Assembly: GCF_902652985.1 (NCBI RefSeq)
Contig: NC_047033.1
Location: 5,518,001 to 5,582,000, forward strand
Source: Pecten maximus
Taxonomy: Eukaryota
Length of the DNA stretch: 64,000 nt
Direction: 5' to 3'
Under the pieces are notes generated by a model. The model saw nothing but the letters and a program-made list of their open reading frames with translations, had not been told where the DNA came from and did no database searches. Below, piece by piece: positions 1 through 13,789 of the stretch; within the stretch, counting starts at the first letter, position 1; each line of letters begins with the position of its first letter. A program made the translations under genes and the position numbers.

Positions 1-506
1 GTTTTGTAAATATTCATGCATAATTGACTAAGGCTGACAACTCTACCAAAATTAACCAAATATTAATTTAGCTATGCATCAAGATAGGTGTGCTCTGTTT
101 GTATAAAGATTAAAAAGATAACAGAATCAAGATTGAAAGTGAAAAATGTCATTTATTAAATCTTCTAAATGACGAATAAATTTAATCTTTACTTTTTTGT
201 ACAAACTTGTACAAAGTGATCTGTTACATAAAATGGGACTTATATTTAGAACCCCTTTATACAAAGATGGGGAACCAATTACGCCAACTCATTCGGCCTC
301 ATTTTGTCACGGATTTTTTTCTGAATACGAAAACATGGACATGCCGTGCAAGTGCAGAGAATTCCCATTTGCATTATAGTAAAATATATTTAATATCATA
401 ATCATGTATAATTTTATAATGTAGATAGCTTCTTTAAAAATATTAAAATTACGGCTTTCATTTACTTTACGGGACCCCGGGGTGCCAAAAAAAAAAAAAA
501 AAATAA

Positions 507-558
507 ATACATACATACATACATACATACATACATACATACATACATACATACATAC
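507..558 (+). repeat. (TACA)n microsatellite preceded by a poly-A run
   Basis: Directly visible tetranucleotide repeat after an A-tract; it explains the CMYV-repeat ORFs on the minus strand. Confidence 0.95.
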
Positions 559-1758
559 AAACGTAAATGAAGGCATTGTTGCGACGTCACGAAAAAATTA
601 CCTATTTTTATAGGATTTTTCTGGCGGAAATACCTATATTTAGCGAGGTTTTCCCCAATTTTTTCGAAGCGGAAGTATATTCCATCTCTCAATTAGCATG
701 CGAGAAAAAATGATTGAATGGGATTGAGTTATCGAAGCGTAAACGGTATGTAATGATGGCAAGTTTCTTTTGTAAGGTAACAGAAACATTGATTAATATT
801 TGCTTAAGAAACTTTCGGTTGAAAATAATACATGGAAAACTTGTTGAATAGACTCGGTCCCCTTAAGTTAATTTGGAAATCGCTCGGTCTCCTAAAGAAC
901 TAGATGAAGGCTATATTAACAGAATAAAAATGCCTCGGGGATTTGTAATATCATAATAAAATCATACCAATTGTTTATTATTTGACTTGTAACTATAAGT
1001 TTGACATAATACACAAATTATTAGTTACATCTGCATGCCATAAATATCACTGGTTTGGAAGTTTGTACATTTTAATAGGAAACGTCTGATAATGTGGTAC
1101 ATGATAACTTCAAGATAAGTTTGACAACTATACAATAACATTGTAGATACGTAGACTAAGTACTGTTATTGTTATAAACGAAATAATCAATTATAGTTTA
1201 AAACATGTTAAAGAGAAATGTAATATTTTAATTAAGGAAGATAATATATAACTAATATATCATTTCATGTTATAATCATTCGCGCGTTATATTCCATTCA
1301 AAGTAAAATCAGAAATGTAGCATTTGTGTGTTTCCGTTATCATTTTTCTTAAATATTTATATAATATATAAAAAGTTTTATAATTATGTGTTTATAATTA
1401 GAGGTAATACAATGGATGGTTGTTGGATTTTTTATTTACTCGTTTAGATTACAACAACGAGATCATCAAATCGCTGTCAGTCTCGTTTCCGCGAGACGGT
1501 TGTGTTGTTGATATTTATTCTATATGTGCCGGCGTATTTAAGACCTCAAAATCATAACGATTTTTTTATACTACTGTACTTATTATGTTTATTTTAGTAT
1601 TTTTTATATATACTTCAAGTTTGTTGATATATTCTTCAGTATTATATATACGCTGGATATGTTCTTCAGTATTGTTTTAACACCCTTCAATATTGTTTAT
1701 AAATACTTCAGTACATGTATTATATATATACATGTATATACTTTTGTATTGTGTCTTA

Positions 1759-3047
1759 GTTTAAACAATATTTATTTATATTCAAGACAAGTGTACATAT
1801 ACATTGCAAATTATACATTGGTGAGGGATTTAGAAACAAGCTTAAAGCTTATATTAATCCATTTCCCTCTAAGGTTCGGCATATTGGTGATTAGTATGGC
1901 GGTACAAATACTGTTTCATAATAATAAACAGAAAATAATTATTTTGACAAAAAGGTAAATTATGGTGAAAAGTGATGAACAGTGGTGGAATACAAATAAA
2001 TCTATGTTAAAGCAATCTAATTGGAGAATAGAATACTTGGATATATACATGTAATTAAGTAAATTATTTATGTTAATTAATGATGTCGATGGGGATGTGG
2101 ATAAATTGCGATGAAGCTAAGTAGTTCATAAATATTTAGTCGAACCTTTTGGAATGTAATATAAAATTATGTACAGCTTCAATTATTATTTCATTTTCTT
2201 CATTTGACAAGTCTGGGTTTCCTGATAATAGAATATCAGTATTCAGATCAAAATTTTAACTACATAATGTAAATACAAACTGATTACGCTGATTAATAAA
2301 TTTTTCACACATGAAAAAAAAGTGTGAATTATCTTCAATATATCCACATGAACAGAAAGGGCTATCCGTTAGATTTCTGTTAAATAATTGTTCTTTCAAG
2401 TTACTGCAATTTAAACGAAGTCTAGTATGTAGTATTTGTAAGTTACGTGTGCCAAAATTTCTATAACATGGTGGGGTTTTAATGTCTTTCTTTAGGTATA
2501 TTTTAAGATAATCAGAGAGGGGTTGTTTCTGATGTCTGCCGGTATAGAATTCCAAAGTTCGATTGTTGAAGGTAAAAAGGATGTTTTATAATAATTTGAT
2601 TGAGAATGAACAGTTAATAATTGATTGCCTTGTCTGGTTCTGTAATTATGCAAATCTGAATGTTGAGAAGGAACAAGTGAGCAGAGATATTCTGGTGTTA
2701 TTTTGTGAAACATTTTGTGAAACTGAATAATTTTATGTTTTTTCCTTCTATCCGATAATTTTTCCCAGCATAGATCGTTGTATAATAATTGTATATTTAC
2801 AAGTTTAGTGGCCCCCGTTACTATTCTACCGGCCTCTATTTGAACATGTTCTAGTCTCTCAATTAAATATAGTGGTAAAGAATCCCAGACGACATCCGCA
2901 TATTCTAAGATTGGTCGTATAAAAGATGTATATAGAGTTTGTAAAGAGTGTCTGTCGAGAGAGAATTTTAATTTCCTGAGTATTCCTAGACGCTTGGAAG
3001 TCTTACCTAGAATATAATTAATGTGCTCAGTCCAGCTAAAATCAGCA
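1759..3047 (-). mobile_element. 5'-truncated CR1/L2-group LINE (ORF2 C-terminus and 3' UTR)
   Basis: Minus-strand translation gives SWTEHINYI..KRLGILRKLK..LYTSFIRPILEYADVVW..GRIVTGA, then LRLNCSNL..SPFCSCGYIEDNSHFFFMC, typical post-RT and C-terminal motifs. The 3' end reads AATAAATATTGTTTAAAC at ~1759. Frameshifted. Confidence 0.85.
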
Positions 3048-3049
3048 GT

Positions 3050-5930
3050 GTCTTATTCTTCAGTATTATGAAGATGCTTCAATATTTTTTCTAATGTATT
3101 CTTCGGTATTATTTATATATTCTTCAGGATCGTTTATATATTCTTCAATATTGTTTGTATATTCTTCAATATTGTTTATATATACTTCAGTATTGTTTAA
3201 TATATACTTCAGTATTGTTTTATACATACTTCAGTATTTATATATATTTCAGTATTGTTTTATATATACTTCAGTATTGTTTTATACATACTTCAGTATT
3301 TATATATACTTCAGTACTGTTTAATATATACTTCAGTATTGTTTTATATATACTTCTGTACTGTTTTATATATACTTCAGTATTGTTTTATATATACTTC
3401 AGTACTGTTTAATATATACTTCAGTATTGTTTTATACATACTTCAGTATTGTTTTATATATACTTCAGTACTGTTTAATATATACTTCAGTATTGTTTTA
3501 TACATACTTCAGTATTGTTTTATATATACTTCAGTACTGTTTAATATATACTTCAGTATTGTTTTATACATACTTCAGTATTGTTTTATATATACTTCAG
3601 TACTGTTTAATATATACTTCAGTATTGTTTTATACATACTTCAGTATGTATATATACTTCAGTATTGTTTATATATACTTCAGTATTGTTATATATATAC
3701 TTCAGTATTGTTTTATATATATTTCAGTATTGTTTTATATATATTTCAGTATTGTTTTTTACATACTTCAGTATTGTTTATATATACTTCAGTATTGTTT
3801 TATATATACTTCAGTACTGTTTATACATACTTCAGTATTGTTTTATATATACTTCAGTATTGTTTTATATATACTTCAGTATTTTTTTATATATACTTCA
3901 GTATTGTTTTATATATATTTCAGTATTGTTTTATATATATTTCAGTATTATTTTATACATACTTCAGTATTGTTTTATACATACTTTAGTATTGTTTTAT
4001 ATATATTTCAGTATTGTTTTATATATACTTCAGTATTATTTTATACATACTTCAGTATTGTTTTATACATACTTCAGTATTGTTTTATATATACTTCAGT
4101 ATTGTTTATATATACTTCAGTATTGTTTTATATATACTTCAGTACTGTTTATACATACTTCAGTATTGTTTTATACATACTTCAGTATTTTTTTATATAT
4201 ACTTCAGTATTGTTTTATATATATTTCAGTATTGTTTTATATATATTTCAGTATTATTTTATACATATTTCAGTATTGTTTTATACATACTTTAGTATTG
4301 TTTTATATATATTTCAGTATTGTTTTATATATACTTCAGTATTGTTTTATACATACTTCAGTATTGTTTTATACATACTTCAGTATTGTTTTATATATAC
4401 TTCAGTATTGTTTTATATATAATTCAGTATTTTTTTATACATACTTCAGTATTGTTTTATACATACTTCAGTATTGTTTTATATATATTTCAGTATTGTT
4501 TTATATATACTTCTGTATTGTTTATATATACTTCAGTATTGTTTTATATATACTTCTGTACTGTTTTATATATACTTCAGTATTGTTTTATAAATACTTC
4601 AGTATTGTTTTATACATACTTCATTATTGTTTTATATATACTTCATTATTGTTTTATATATATTTCAGTATTGTTTTATACATACTTCAGTATTGTTTTA
4701 TATATACTTCAGTATTGTTTTATATATACTTCAGTATTGTTTTATACATACTTCAGTATTGTTTTATACATACTTCAGTATTGTTTTATATATATTTCAG
4801 TATTGTTTTATATATACTTCTGTATTGTTTATATATACTTCAGTATTGTTTTATATATACTTCAGTATTGTTTTATATATACTTCAGTATTGTTTTATAC
4901 ATACTTCAGTACTGTTTTATATATATTTCAGTATTGTTTTATATATATTTCAGTATTGTTTTATACATACTTCATTATTGTTTTATATATACTTCATTAT
5001 TGTTTTATATATATTTCAGTATTGTTTTATATATACTTCAGTATTGTTTTATATATATTTCAGTATTGTTTTATATATACTTCAGTACTGTTTTATATAT
5101 ATTTCAGTATTGTTTTATATATACTTCAGTACTGTTTTATATATACTTCAGTACTGTTTTATATATATTTCAGTACTGTTTTATATATACTTCAGTACTG
5201 TTTTATATATATTTCAGTATTGTTTTATATATACTTCAGTACTGTTTTATATATATTTCAGTATTGTTTTATATATACTTCAGTACTGTTTTATATATAT
5301 TTCAGTATTGTTTTATATATATTTCAGTATTGTTTGATTCATACCTCTCTATTGTTTTATATATACTTCAGTATTGTTTTATATATACTTCAGTATTGTT
5401 TTATATATACTTCAGTATTGTTTTATATATACTTCAGTATTGTTTTATACATACTTCAGTATTGTTTTATATATACTTCAGTATTGTTTTATATATACTT
5501 CAGTATTGTTTTATATATATTTCAGTATTGTTTTATATATACTTCAGTATTGTTTTATATATACTTCAGTATTGTTTATATATACTTCAGTATTGTTTTA
5601 TATATACTTCAGTATTGTTTGTATATACTTCAGTATTGTTTATATATACTTCAATATTGTTTTATATATACTTCAGTATTGTTTTATATACATTTCTGTA
5701 CTGTTGATGCATACTTAAGTACTGTTTTATATATACTTCAGTATTGTTTTATATATACTTCAGTATTGTTTTATATATACTTCAGTATTGTTTTATATAT
5801 ACTTCAGTATTGTTTTATATATACTTCAGTATTGTTTTTTTTTTATATATTTCTGTACTGTTGATGCATACTTAAGTATTGTTTTACATAACTCAGTAGT
5901 GTTTATAAATATACTTCAGTATTGTTTATA
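3050..5930 (+). repeat. 22-bp tandem array (ACTTCAGTATTGTTTTATATAT)n, ~130 units; degenerate units also at ~1570-1750 and ~6290-6480
   Basis: Period 22 measured directly (ACTTCAG at 5409 and 5431). The 22-aa periodicity of the ORFs equals 3 units. Confidence 0.97.
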
Positions 5931-6287
5931 TCGATATAATTTAATTTTGTATGAAACACGCATTTTCATTGGCTGAAATAATTTTGTTATACCTCCATAA
6001 CAAAAATTTGACGTTGCGAAATGTAACGTCATTTTTGATTGGCTGATGACATTGCGTAATAATTTATCACAGAAAAGAGTTCGCCAAAGAAAGTGAAATA
6101 TCTTGGTGTGTATAAGACGAAATTAAATTATAAGAATTAACATAAATTATTTTTTCTGTTATACAGTCATAACATAAAAAACTGGAGTGTACTCTCTTCA
6201 TAAACCGCTCCGCGGTTTATTTAGAGTACACTCCAGTTTTTTCTGTTATGACTGTATAACAGAAAAAATTATTTATGTTAATCCTTA
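5930..6287. mobile_element. Non-autonomous element ending in a ~157-bp palindrome (6131-6287), possibly Crypton-type
   Basis: Near-perfect inverted arms TAAGAATTAACATAAAT.../...ATTTATGTTAATCCTTA around the centre AACCGCTCCGCGGTT. The adjacent segment has two ATTGGCTG motifs. It interrupts the 22-bp array edge. Confidence 0.65.
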
Positions 6288-7515
6288 AATACATACTTCA
6301 GAATTGTTTTAAATATACTTCAGTATTGTTTATAAATACTTCAGAATTGCTTATATATACTTTAGTATTATTTATATAAAATGCTTTAGATATATTTTGT
6401 ATTAAATTCAGTTTACATACTTGTGTTTATATAAAAGATTATACAGTACCTAAGTACATATTTTGCAGTATTGTTTCCCAACATTGTACATATTGACCTT
6501 TGCTTGATCTATACGTATAGTTGTATACATTTGTCGGGATTTAATCTTTTAGTAACAAAACATAGTGTGATGAATCTGGATGATTTTTTATGATACAATA
6601 TAATAAGCAAATATTCTACTCTTGGTTTAATTTATCAGTAATATAATATCATTTATAATATCGCTGAATATAGTATGAACTCCCATCCTATTGACAAACG
6701 CATTATGTGTTATCCTATAAGGTTTCTATATTTGACTTGAAACGATGATATAGACATTTAATAGAATAGATATGTATATATAATATACTGATAATACACT
6801 GTAATATGATTTCGTAAGGTTAAGTAACAATCATAAGTAAAGAATCGGTCTATTTAGCAATATTGTCAAGGAGAAGGTGTTTTTTATTTTTATTTATTTA
6901 GAAACCCCGTGACTCACATGTTAAGAGACCAAATGTCAACATGAAAATGATAAACATTCCTGAACATTCCTCAAATTATACAGCCGCAAGAAACACGACA
7001 AATAATCTGCTGTTTTTTTATTTACAAAAGTCAACTTGGAAAATATAAGATTGCCAGGGAAAATTGCTTTGTAATGGAGAAAAGGCGATTTTCAAAGTAA
7101 AATGTGAAAATAAACTCCGACAATCCTGTGCAAAGGTGTTTGAAATAGCAATGCAGTATTCTGCCACATCCCATTGTATTCAGCATATATCTATCACTCA
7201 CTCCAAAAGGATTGATTATGCTTGACATTAACAATATTAACAAGTTCATCAAAATCTTAGACTTGTCAAGTATGTCATAAACCATTACTATAATAATAAA
7301 AGCAATTTCACTTACTCAAGGTATTCGTACCTAAATGTTGCCTTTATAATATTTGTATTGGTTGTAATAATCAGTTAAATACATTTTCCATTCAAATGTA
7401 TTCAGAAAAGTTGAAAGAAATTATTTCTGCAATATTATAGCATATAATATACAAGTATGTGATGGGTGCCCCTACAATACTTCAGAATATTTGACAGTCC
7501 TGTAATAATAGTCAT

Positions 7516-7899
7516 GGGGATCGTTTCACAAAGATTCGATATTTAAATATATAAAATATTTACGAGAAAGTTACGCAAAACGAAGTTCGTAAGTCCGTTT
7601 CACAAAGGTGTTCGTATTTGTTTCGCATCTTACGTCAAAATCGTACGTTCTCCCGGTAAAAATATACCACTCTCTAACTTGGAGGTAAAAAAGGACGACA
7701 CTTTTGAGATGAAAATTGTACGCCGCTTCTATTCCCGAGTCCCGTACACTAACTATGAACTTAATTTTCTTCCGTGTTATAACCGTGTTATTTGGAGAAG
7801 ATGAAATTCTCTGTAAAATTCCAATATCATATTGTATATCATGCCGTAAAACGAACATTAACAACGCGATTTTTTGCGAAGCTTTGTGAAACGATACCC
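7516..7899. mobile_element. MITE with 18-bp TIRs, PIF/Harbinger-like
   Basis: Left GGGGATCGTTTCACAAAG, right CTTTGTGAAACGATACCC (17/18 inverted match); non-coding interior. Confidence 0.75.
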
Positions 7900-8379
7900 T
7901 GGTGATGGGATAAATAACTTTTTATCTGCTTTTGATCAATAGATGGAACAGCTGGACAATGGTCGCGTGCTGATTGGGAGCAAAATAATACATGGACAAT
8001 TAAATAAACACTTCAATTTTGTTTTACATTTTATTATATCAATATAATGCGCACATGTTTTCATAATAATTGATGAAGACAAAATATTTCCTCGTTGAAA
8101 TTTGATTTTAACAATGTTTTGATTTTTTTATATTCGATACCCTGTAGTTCCGGTCTGTGTTGTAGAAATAATGTCGCGTGATGCATGGTATTTTTAGATG
8201 TACAGTACATCAACGACACAGCTTTCACAAATACCATATAGTGACAATGCCGCGTAAATGACAATATAACTATATAATTTATTATTTTCGTCTTATGCTG
8301 TTTTTAACTATCATTTCTGATAATTGTTTCACGTCGCGTTTAATGAGTTGAAAATGGTCATTGCTTAATACATGTATAT

Positions 8380-8840
8380 TAAGAAATAGAGGATATCTAA
8401 CAGTGTCTTCAGTAATACCAAATATATTTCACGAGTGGGGCTAATACTTTGATATTTTTCACTCTTGCTGCGCACTCGTGAAAAATATCAAAGTATTAGC
8501 CCCACTCGTGAAATATATTTGGTATTACTGAAGACACTGTTAGATATTCTGTTTATTACATTTCTTATCAACGAAAAAACTACCCCGTATGCTAACTAGG
8601 CCTACAGCGATAATTTATAAACAAAAAAAGTAGTTCCCCCTGTTCAGGTGCTGACATTTATGTCGGGCTTTCTAATTGGTCAATTATTTTGGTATTTTCT
8701 AATCATTAATTTGATTGGTCAAATCAGCAAAAGTGATATTTTTCACTAGTGAAAAATATGATATTTGCCACTAGTGAAAAATATCACTTTTATAGAATGA
8801 ATAATTTTTGATATTTCACTGGTAAAAATGTAATAAATAA
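8380..8840. mobile_element. Non-autonomous element starting with a ~175-bp palindrome (8380-8558), possibly Crypton-type
   Basis: Near-perfect arms GATATCTAACAGTGTCTTCAGTAATACC.../...GGTATTACTGAAGACACTGTTAGATATT around the centre GCTGCGC. Followed by ATTGGTC motifs and a second small inverted repeat built on CACTAGTG (~8733-8787). Confidence 0.65.
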
Positions 8841-9639
8841 CATTAACGAAACAAAAGCAATATGCACTTTTACGCTTACAGTGCGTTTGGGTCGATGTAC
8901 TCATAACTCTGCCAGGAATCCTGCTTTACAAACTTCACAGTTGACATGTGATGACAATTGACGTTATGTTTAGTAGATTTATTACCATAAAGCTGCATTA
9001 TCTTGTGCATATATTTAATAGTCGTGTAACATTAGACAGAAAAAAGTAAACAAACTGACATGATGTAAATTTCTAACACTAATTAATACTAAACAATTCT
9101 GCTTGTATTGATGTGGTGTCAATGTGCGCAAAGCACGCATGCATGAACTCTGATAATTATAGTGGGCTGTGTAAGTTGCAATATGAACTTTTAAACATGC
9201 GTAGCAATTCGTGCATGTCCTGTATATCACACATATACACATATTCTGCAATATTTACTTTGCTGGTAGAAAAAGCTCTTCTGATATATAACGTAATGTA
9301 CCTACTCAGTATTCACTAGTTGACAGGACATTACTTGTGTATTATTATCGTTTGCTGTGTTAGAATGTTTGAAATGTTTATAACCATATATGTTGATGAT
9401 TAAATGTGTACGTGTTAACAAGAGCACTGGTAGGTATGTACAATGTAAGTAAGTTTTATTGCTGACCATGAAATGTGTCTCTCTCTATATATATGTACAG
9501 TAAATAAGTGCACAAAACCTCGATATAACTTTTAATATGCAAACCCGCTCAATTTACTATCCCAATAGCTGTTTTCTATTGAACTCTAAGCGACATCTGT
9601 TGAACTGTCTTTAGGGTCAAATATTATTATGGATTTTAT

Positions 9640-10200
9640 CATTAACGGAACATTTAATGTTGGAACGACGCAATTTTTGAAATTTTCAATAATAAGCGTG
9701 ATGAAACTGACTGGATTGAACTATGTGCTATGTCCCTTACTCAAGACGACATATTTACGAATGAATACTTAGAAATAGCCAGAGAATGCATTCCTTCAAA
9801 ATAAGTAACAATTAGACCTAATGACAAATCGTGGTTTCACTTGGAATTCAGACGTGAAATAAGGAAACGGGACAGACTACTTCACAAAAATACAGTCGCA
9901 CGCCTCATAATTTGAACAACAAAATAGGATCAATGATTAAAAATGGAAGAAAGTATTTCTTTATGTGAACATAAATGGACCTTTAGATAACCATAGTAAG
10001 ACGAATCCTAGAAACTTTTGAAAACTTGTTCGAAGATTAATAAATCCATCTGATACATCAGATTCAATTCCATCATTGAGGAGTTTGACTGGAAATATAT
10101 AAATAGACGACGACGTTTAGACAATTATACGAAATGATTACTTTGTCTCTATATCAATTATTGACGATACTGATACTGTAGTACCTGTTATTAAATCAAG
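9640..10200 (+). mobile_element. Degraded CR1-like LINE ORF2 fragment (endonuclease-RT linker)
   Basis: Translates to EYLEIARECIPSK*VTIRPNDKSWF, then ..IRKRDRL..NPRNF.., with stops and frameshifts. Confidence 0.65.
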
Positions 10201-10490
10201 AACACTCTAGAATATTATATATACCTTTTAAATAGTAGGGTTTTTTCCAGACAGGCCAGAACAAAAATACTGAAATAGCTCACGCAGCTTCAAAGATAAT
10301 TATGGCATTAATCAATTGATTATCAAGTCTGCTATGATGTTTGACTTTGATATACATTAATTACTAGTATATCATCTCAAAACCTTTTTTTATGACACTT
10401 ATTTTTCAATCAGTATCTTTTTAAATACCTTACTGATAAAGACGTTTCCTCATTACAGATTTCGTGTTTGGGGTATCCGATGAAGACGTC

Positions 10491-12386
10491 ATGGCGACAG
10501 CCATAATACAAACAGCTGAAGATCAGATCACGTGTACAATATGTTTCGAAATCTTCAAGGAACCAAAGGCACTTCCTTGCCTTCATACCTTCTGTAAAAG
10601 ATGTATCAGTAAATTTATAACCGAGAGAAAAAACCAGCACGGAGACACGAAAGGGTATATGTGCCCTATCTGCCGACGTCCAGTTGCCGTTCCTACCCAT
10701 ATCAGAAAGAACCCGGAAACATGGGCCGATCAGCTAGAAAACAACCACGTGGTTAGCACAATGATTGATGCTTATCAAACACCAAGAGGAAAATCTACAG
10801 AAACATGTATGGAACATCCTGAAAAGGAACTAGAATTTTTCTGTGTTGATCATACTAAATTCATCTGTTCAATGTGTTCCCTGCAACATCGCCGATGCTC
10901 TGATGTCATCACACGTGAGGATGCTCGTTTTAATGTTAAAACAGCTGAGAAGATAAAGTCGAATACATCAGGAATAGAATACAAGCAAACTCGATTGAAA
11001 CAATACAGGGACCTTCATTTCGAACAGTGCAATACCTTTGAGCACATAATAGACAGAAGAGGAAGAGACTTGGCGCTCCTAGATAACACAGAGCAAATGA
11101 TTAGAGACGAAATTATTTCAACGAGAAAGCGGATAACTGAACTTCTAAACAAACACGAAGAGAAAGCACTCACGCGACTTGCAAAGATGAAATCGAAACG
11201 TTTTGAAAAGATTCAGAAAGACAAACGCAAGCTTGAGTCACATAACGAGTTATCAAGGGAAAATCTGGAATGCATTCAGAAAATGATGGACAGTAATCAG
11301 AAAATAGAAGATGCTTTTATTGAATCCATTCAATCGGATTACAAATCCCTGCAAAGAATAATCACGGGTGCGGAGAAGAAAAATATGCAAGAGATGTTAG
11401 TGTTCACAGTGAATCCAGCCATCGAAACATTTATTTCCAAGTTTGACAGTCTTGGCAAACTTTCTTTACAAGATAATGGAACAGAAACAAATAGCACTAA
11501 ACCGTCAACGGATCAACCGGAACGGCATAAAAGGCACAAATCACAAACTACTAGAGAATCCTCCACTGAACCGGCACTGGCACGAGATAATGAATTAAAC
11601 GAAATCAAGCTTCCATTCCGAGGAAAGCCGTCATGGATTACGGGAATAGCAATGCTACCAACAGGGAGATTGCTTCTTGTGGACCATAACAATGAAACAG
11701 TGTCAGTGTATGGCACCTCCTTCGATTTCCTGTGTAAAACCGACATCCATCCGGCACCTTATGACGTAGTATCAATATCGTCCAATCAAGATCACGTGAT
11801 GGTTTCGATCCCAGATGCGCAGCAACTAATCAAGTGTGAAGTGTTACAAGACGGTTTCGTTGAAGTTGGTCAAAAAATGAAAACCAACTACACATGTAAA
11901 GCGCTAGCATCTGATGGACAACATGTGGCGGTGTGTTCTAGTTCCGAGATACAAATTTTTGAAACAGATGGTGAAGTCTGGATGGTGGTGTTAGATGAAT
12001 CGTACTCACGAACTAAATTCACTTACGTCACGTTGACGTCACCAGAGAAGAAAGTGTTCGTTTCGGACCAAACTTACCCCGAACCGAATATCAGGTGTAT
12101 AGATTTTAACGGGGCAACTCTCTGGAAGGTATCCGATGGACGAATCGGCTTCAGTACCGGAATTTGCGTAATTGGTTCGCAACTTATGGTGACGTCATGG
12201 GATGCGGGAAAAATTTTAACATTATCGTTTAATGGACTTGACTTGGAAACGTTCAATGAATCTACTGTGCTATTTCCATGGAAACTTTATGCATCTTCGG
12301 AGCGCAAGACCATCTGCGTTTCTCAGTACAAAAACACATTATCTGATGAAGACAAGAGAACAATCAAAGTACTGCATATACCATGA
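10491..12386 (+). CDS. TRIM-family E3 ubiquitin ligase (RING, B-box, coiled coil, NHL-like beta-propeller), 631 aa, single coding exon
   Basis: C3HC4 RING (CTIC..PCLHTFCKRC..CPICR), B-box2 (CMEH..FFCVDHTKFICSMCSLQHRRC), helical middle and beta-rich C-terminus (ITGIAMLPTGRLLLVD, PYDVV). First real ATG at 10491 in good context (gtcATGG). A splice acceptor TTCCTCATTACAG ends at 10458, implying an upstream UTR exon. Confidence 0.92.
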   Translation: MATAIIQTAEDQITCTICFEIFKEPKALPCLHTFCKRCISKFITERKNQHGDTKGYMCPICRRPVAVPTHIRKNPETWADQLENNHVVSTMIDAYQTPRGKSTETCMEHPEKELEFFCVDHTKFICSMCSLQHRRCSDVITREDARFNVKTAEKIKSNTSGIEYKQTRLKQYRDLHFEQCNTFEHIIDRRGRDLALLDNTEQMIRDEIISTRKRITELLNKHEEKALTRLAKMKSKRFEKIQKDKRKLESHNELSRENLECIQKMMDSNQKIEDAFIESIQSDYKSLQRIITGAEKKNMQEMLVFTVNPAIETFISKFDSLGKLSLQDNGTETNSTKPSTDQPERHKRHKSQTTRESSTEPALARDNELNEIKLPFRGKPSWITGIAMLPTGRLLLVDHNNETVSVYGTSFDFLCKTDIHPAPYDVVSISSNQDHVMVSIPDAQQLIKCEVLQDGFVEVGQKMKTNYTCKALASDGQHVAVCSSSEIQIFETDGEVWMVVLDESYSRTKFTYVTLTSPEKKVFVSDQTYPEPNIRCIDFNGATLWKVSDGRIGFSTGICVIGSQLMVTSWDAGKILTLSFNGLDLETFNESTVLFPWKLYASSERKTICVSQYKNTLSDEDKRTIKVLHIP

Positions 12387-12586
12387 TTAACACAAATGAA
12401 AAAAAGAAGTATATGTGAAAATAATCCATGATGATCAAATGATATCATAGTGTCACCATATAACGCAATAATGACGTCACAATAATTACCAATGGCGTTA
12501 TAATTCACATTAGTAATCCAGAGTAGACATTGTAGGCCTTAGAATACACTGGCCCCCCATAGTAATGAGTAACCAGCTAATAAGTA

Positions 12587-12968
12587 AAAGCTGTAAAAAC
12601 GTCATCGATTACTATCGGGCAAATATTATTTTTATCTGTGTAAATGATCATGCACCTGTTGCGTGACATTGAAATGCTATCCTTTATCGTAACGTCCAAT
12701 GATGATATATTGATTGGCTGGTTCCCTTCCTTAGTTCTCTACTTTCCGCTAGCGCTGCGCTCCGTTCTCAAAGGACCGCTCGTCGGTATTCGTGTTATTG
12801 TTCCACTGCTGGATTGCAGCATACGATGACGCACGAATTACACATTTAACGTCTAAAAACTACAATGATAAAGAAATGAAGAGGATATAAGTTCAGCTAC
12901 CTAAAATGTCTTAAGAAAGAGAGAGACAAAATTATTCACGGCAATGACGCTTTTAAGACTTACAGCTT
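12587..12968. mobile_element. Possible degenerate MITE
   Basis: Imperfect terminal inverted repeats AAGCTGTAAAAACGTCAT / ATGACGCTTTT..TTACAGCTT. Confidence 0.35.
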
Positions 12969-13538
12969 CAGTGGAGGCAATCATGTGACGGATACCAAAA
13001 CATGCGCAGTAATGATGCGTACACGCTAAGGGATTCCAACCCTAGATTGTTAACCGTTATAGGTCTTTTGTGTAGCGTAGTGGGGTTACAGGGAAGGGAT
13101 ATATTTTAAAATATGTGAAAATGCAGTGATATCACTTTAATATGTGGTCAAGAAATACCGCTTTAGTTATTACGTTTTCATTTGTCAGATATCACAGATA
13201 TGCAAAATTGTTAGTCGACTTACAGAAACAGATGTGTGGCCCTATACCCTATGGACATTAAATACGCAAGGAAACATTGATTTTTAGCTTGATGTGTGAC
13301 CTTGAGCATATATCTAGTCTAAGTTGAATTATGTCTAGCATATATATTTTTTTATTAAAGGTTTGATAGCTTAAATTTAGGCTTGTATGGACTTAAGACT
13401 ATTCGAGGTATGCATGCCCTCATTAAACCATATGGATAAGTAACATGGGGACTATGCTAATTGATTCAATACCATTGCAATAAGTTAATATGGCTACCGC
13501 AGTTACATTCTTTGAAGCCTGTCTATCTATTTTCATTA

Positions 13539-13540
<2 letters not shown>

Positions 13541-13612
<72 letters not shown>
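13541..13612 (+). repeat. (TG)n microsatellite
   Basis: Directly visible. Confidence 0.97.
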
Positions 13613-13614
<2 letters not shown>

Positions 13615-13789
13615 GCCTTGCAATATTATTTACAGTTTATATATAATAATAGGACGTCATTTTGGCGGTATTTATGGCTGTAGGAACAGTCACTGGACAG
13701 AGTGTGAACAACTAGCAATATTCAAACGCGTAATATCAAACGTGCAATGTGTTCACTATTATACAAATATATCATTGTTGTCTGTGCAA

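Noticed and set aside
197-401. Short ORFs at the window start
   Set aside because: No recognisable domain, ATG start or convincing splice context; cannot be supported as coding.
3094-5976. Long overlapping ORFs up to 680 aa rich in Y/I/F
   Set aside because: Artefact of the stop-poor 22-bp repeat; open in all three frames with the same periodic peptide.
10464-10490. ORF-track start for the TRIM gene
   Set aside because: It begins at a non-ATG codon; the first ATG at 10491 aligns with the paralog's start.
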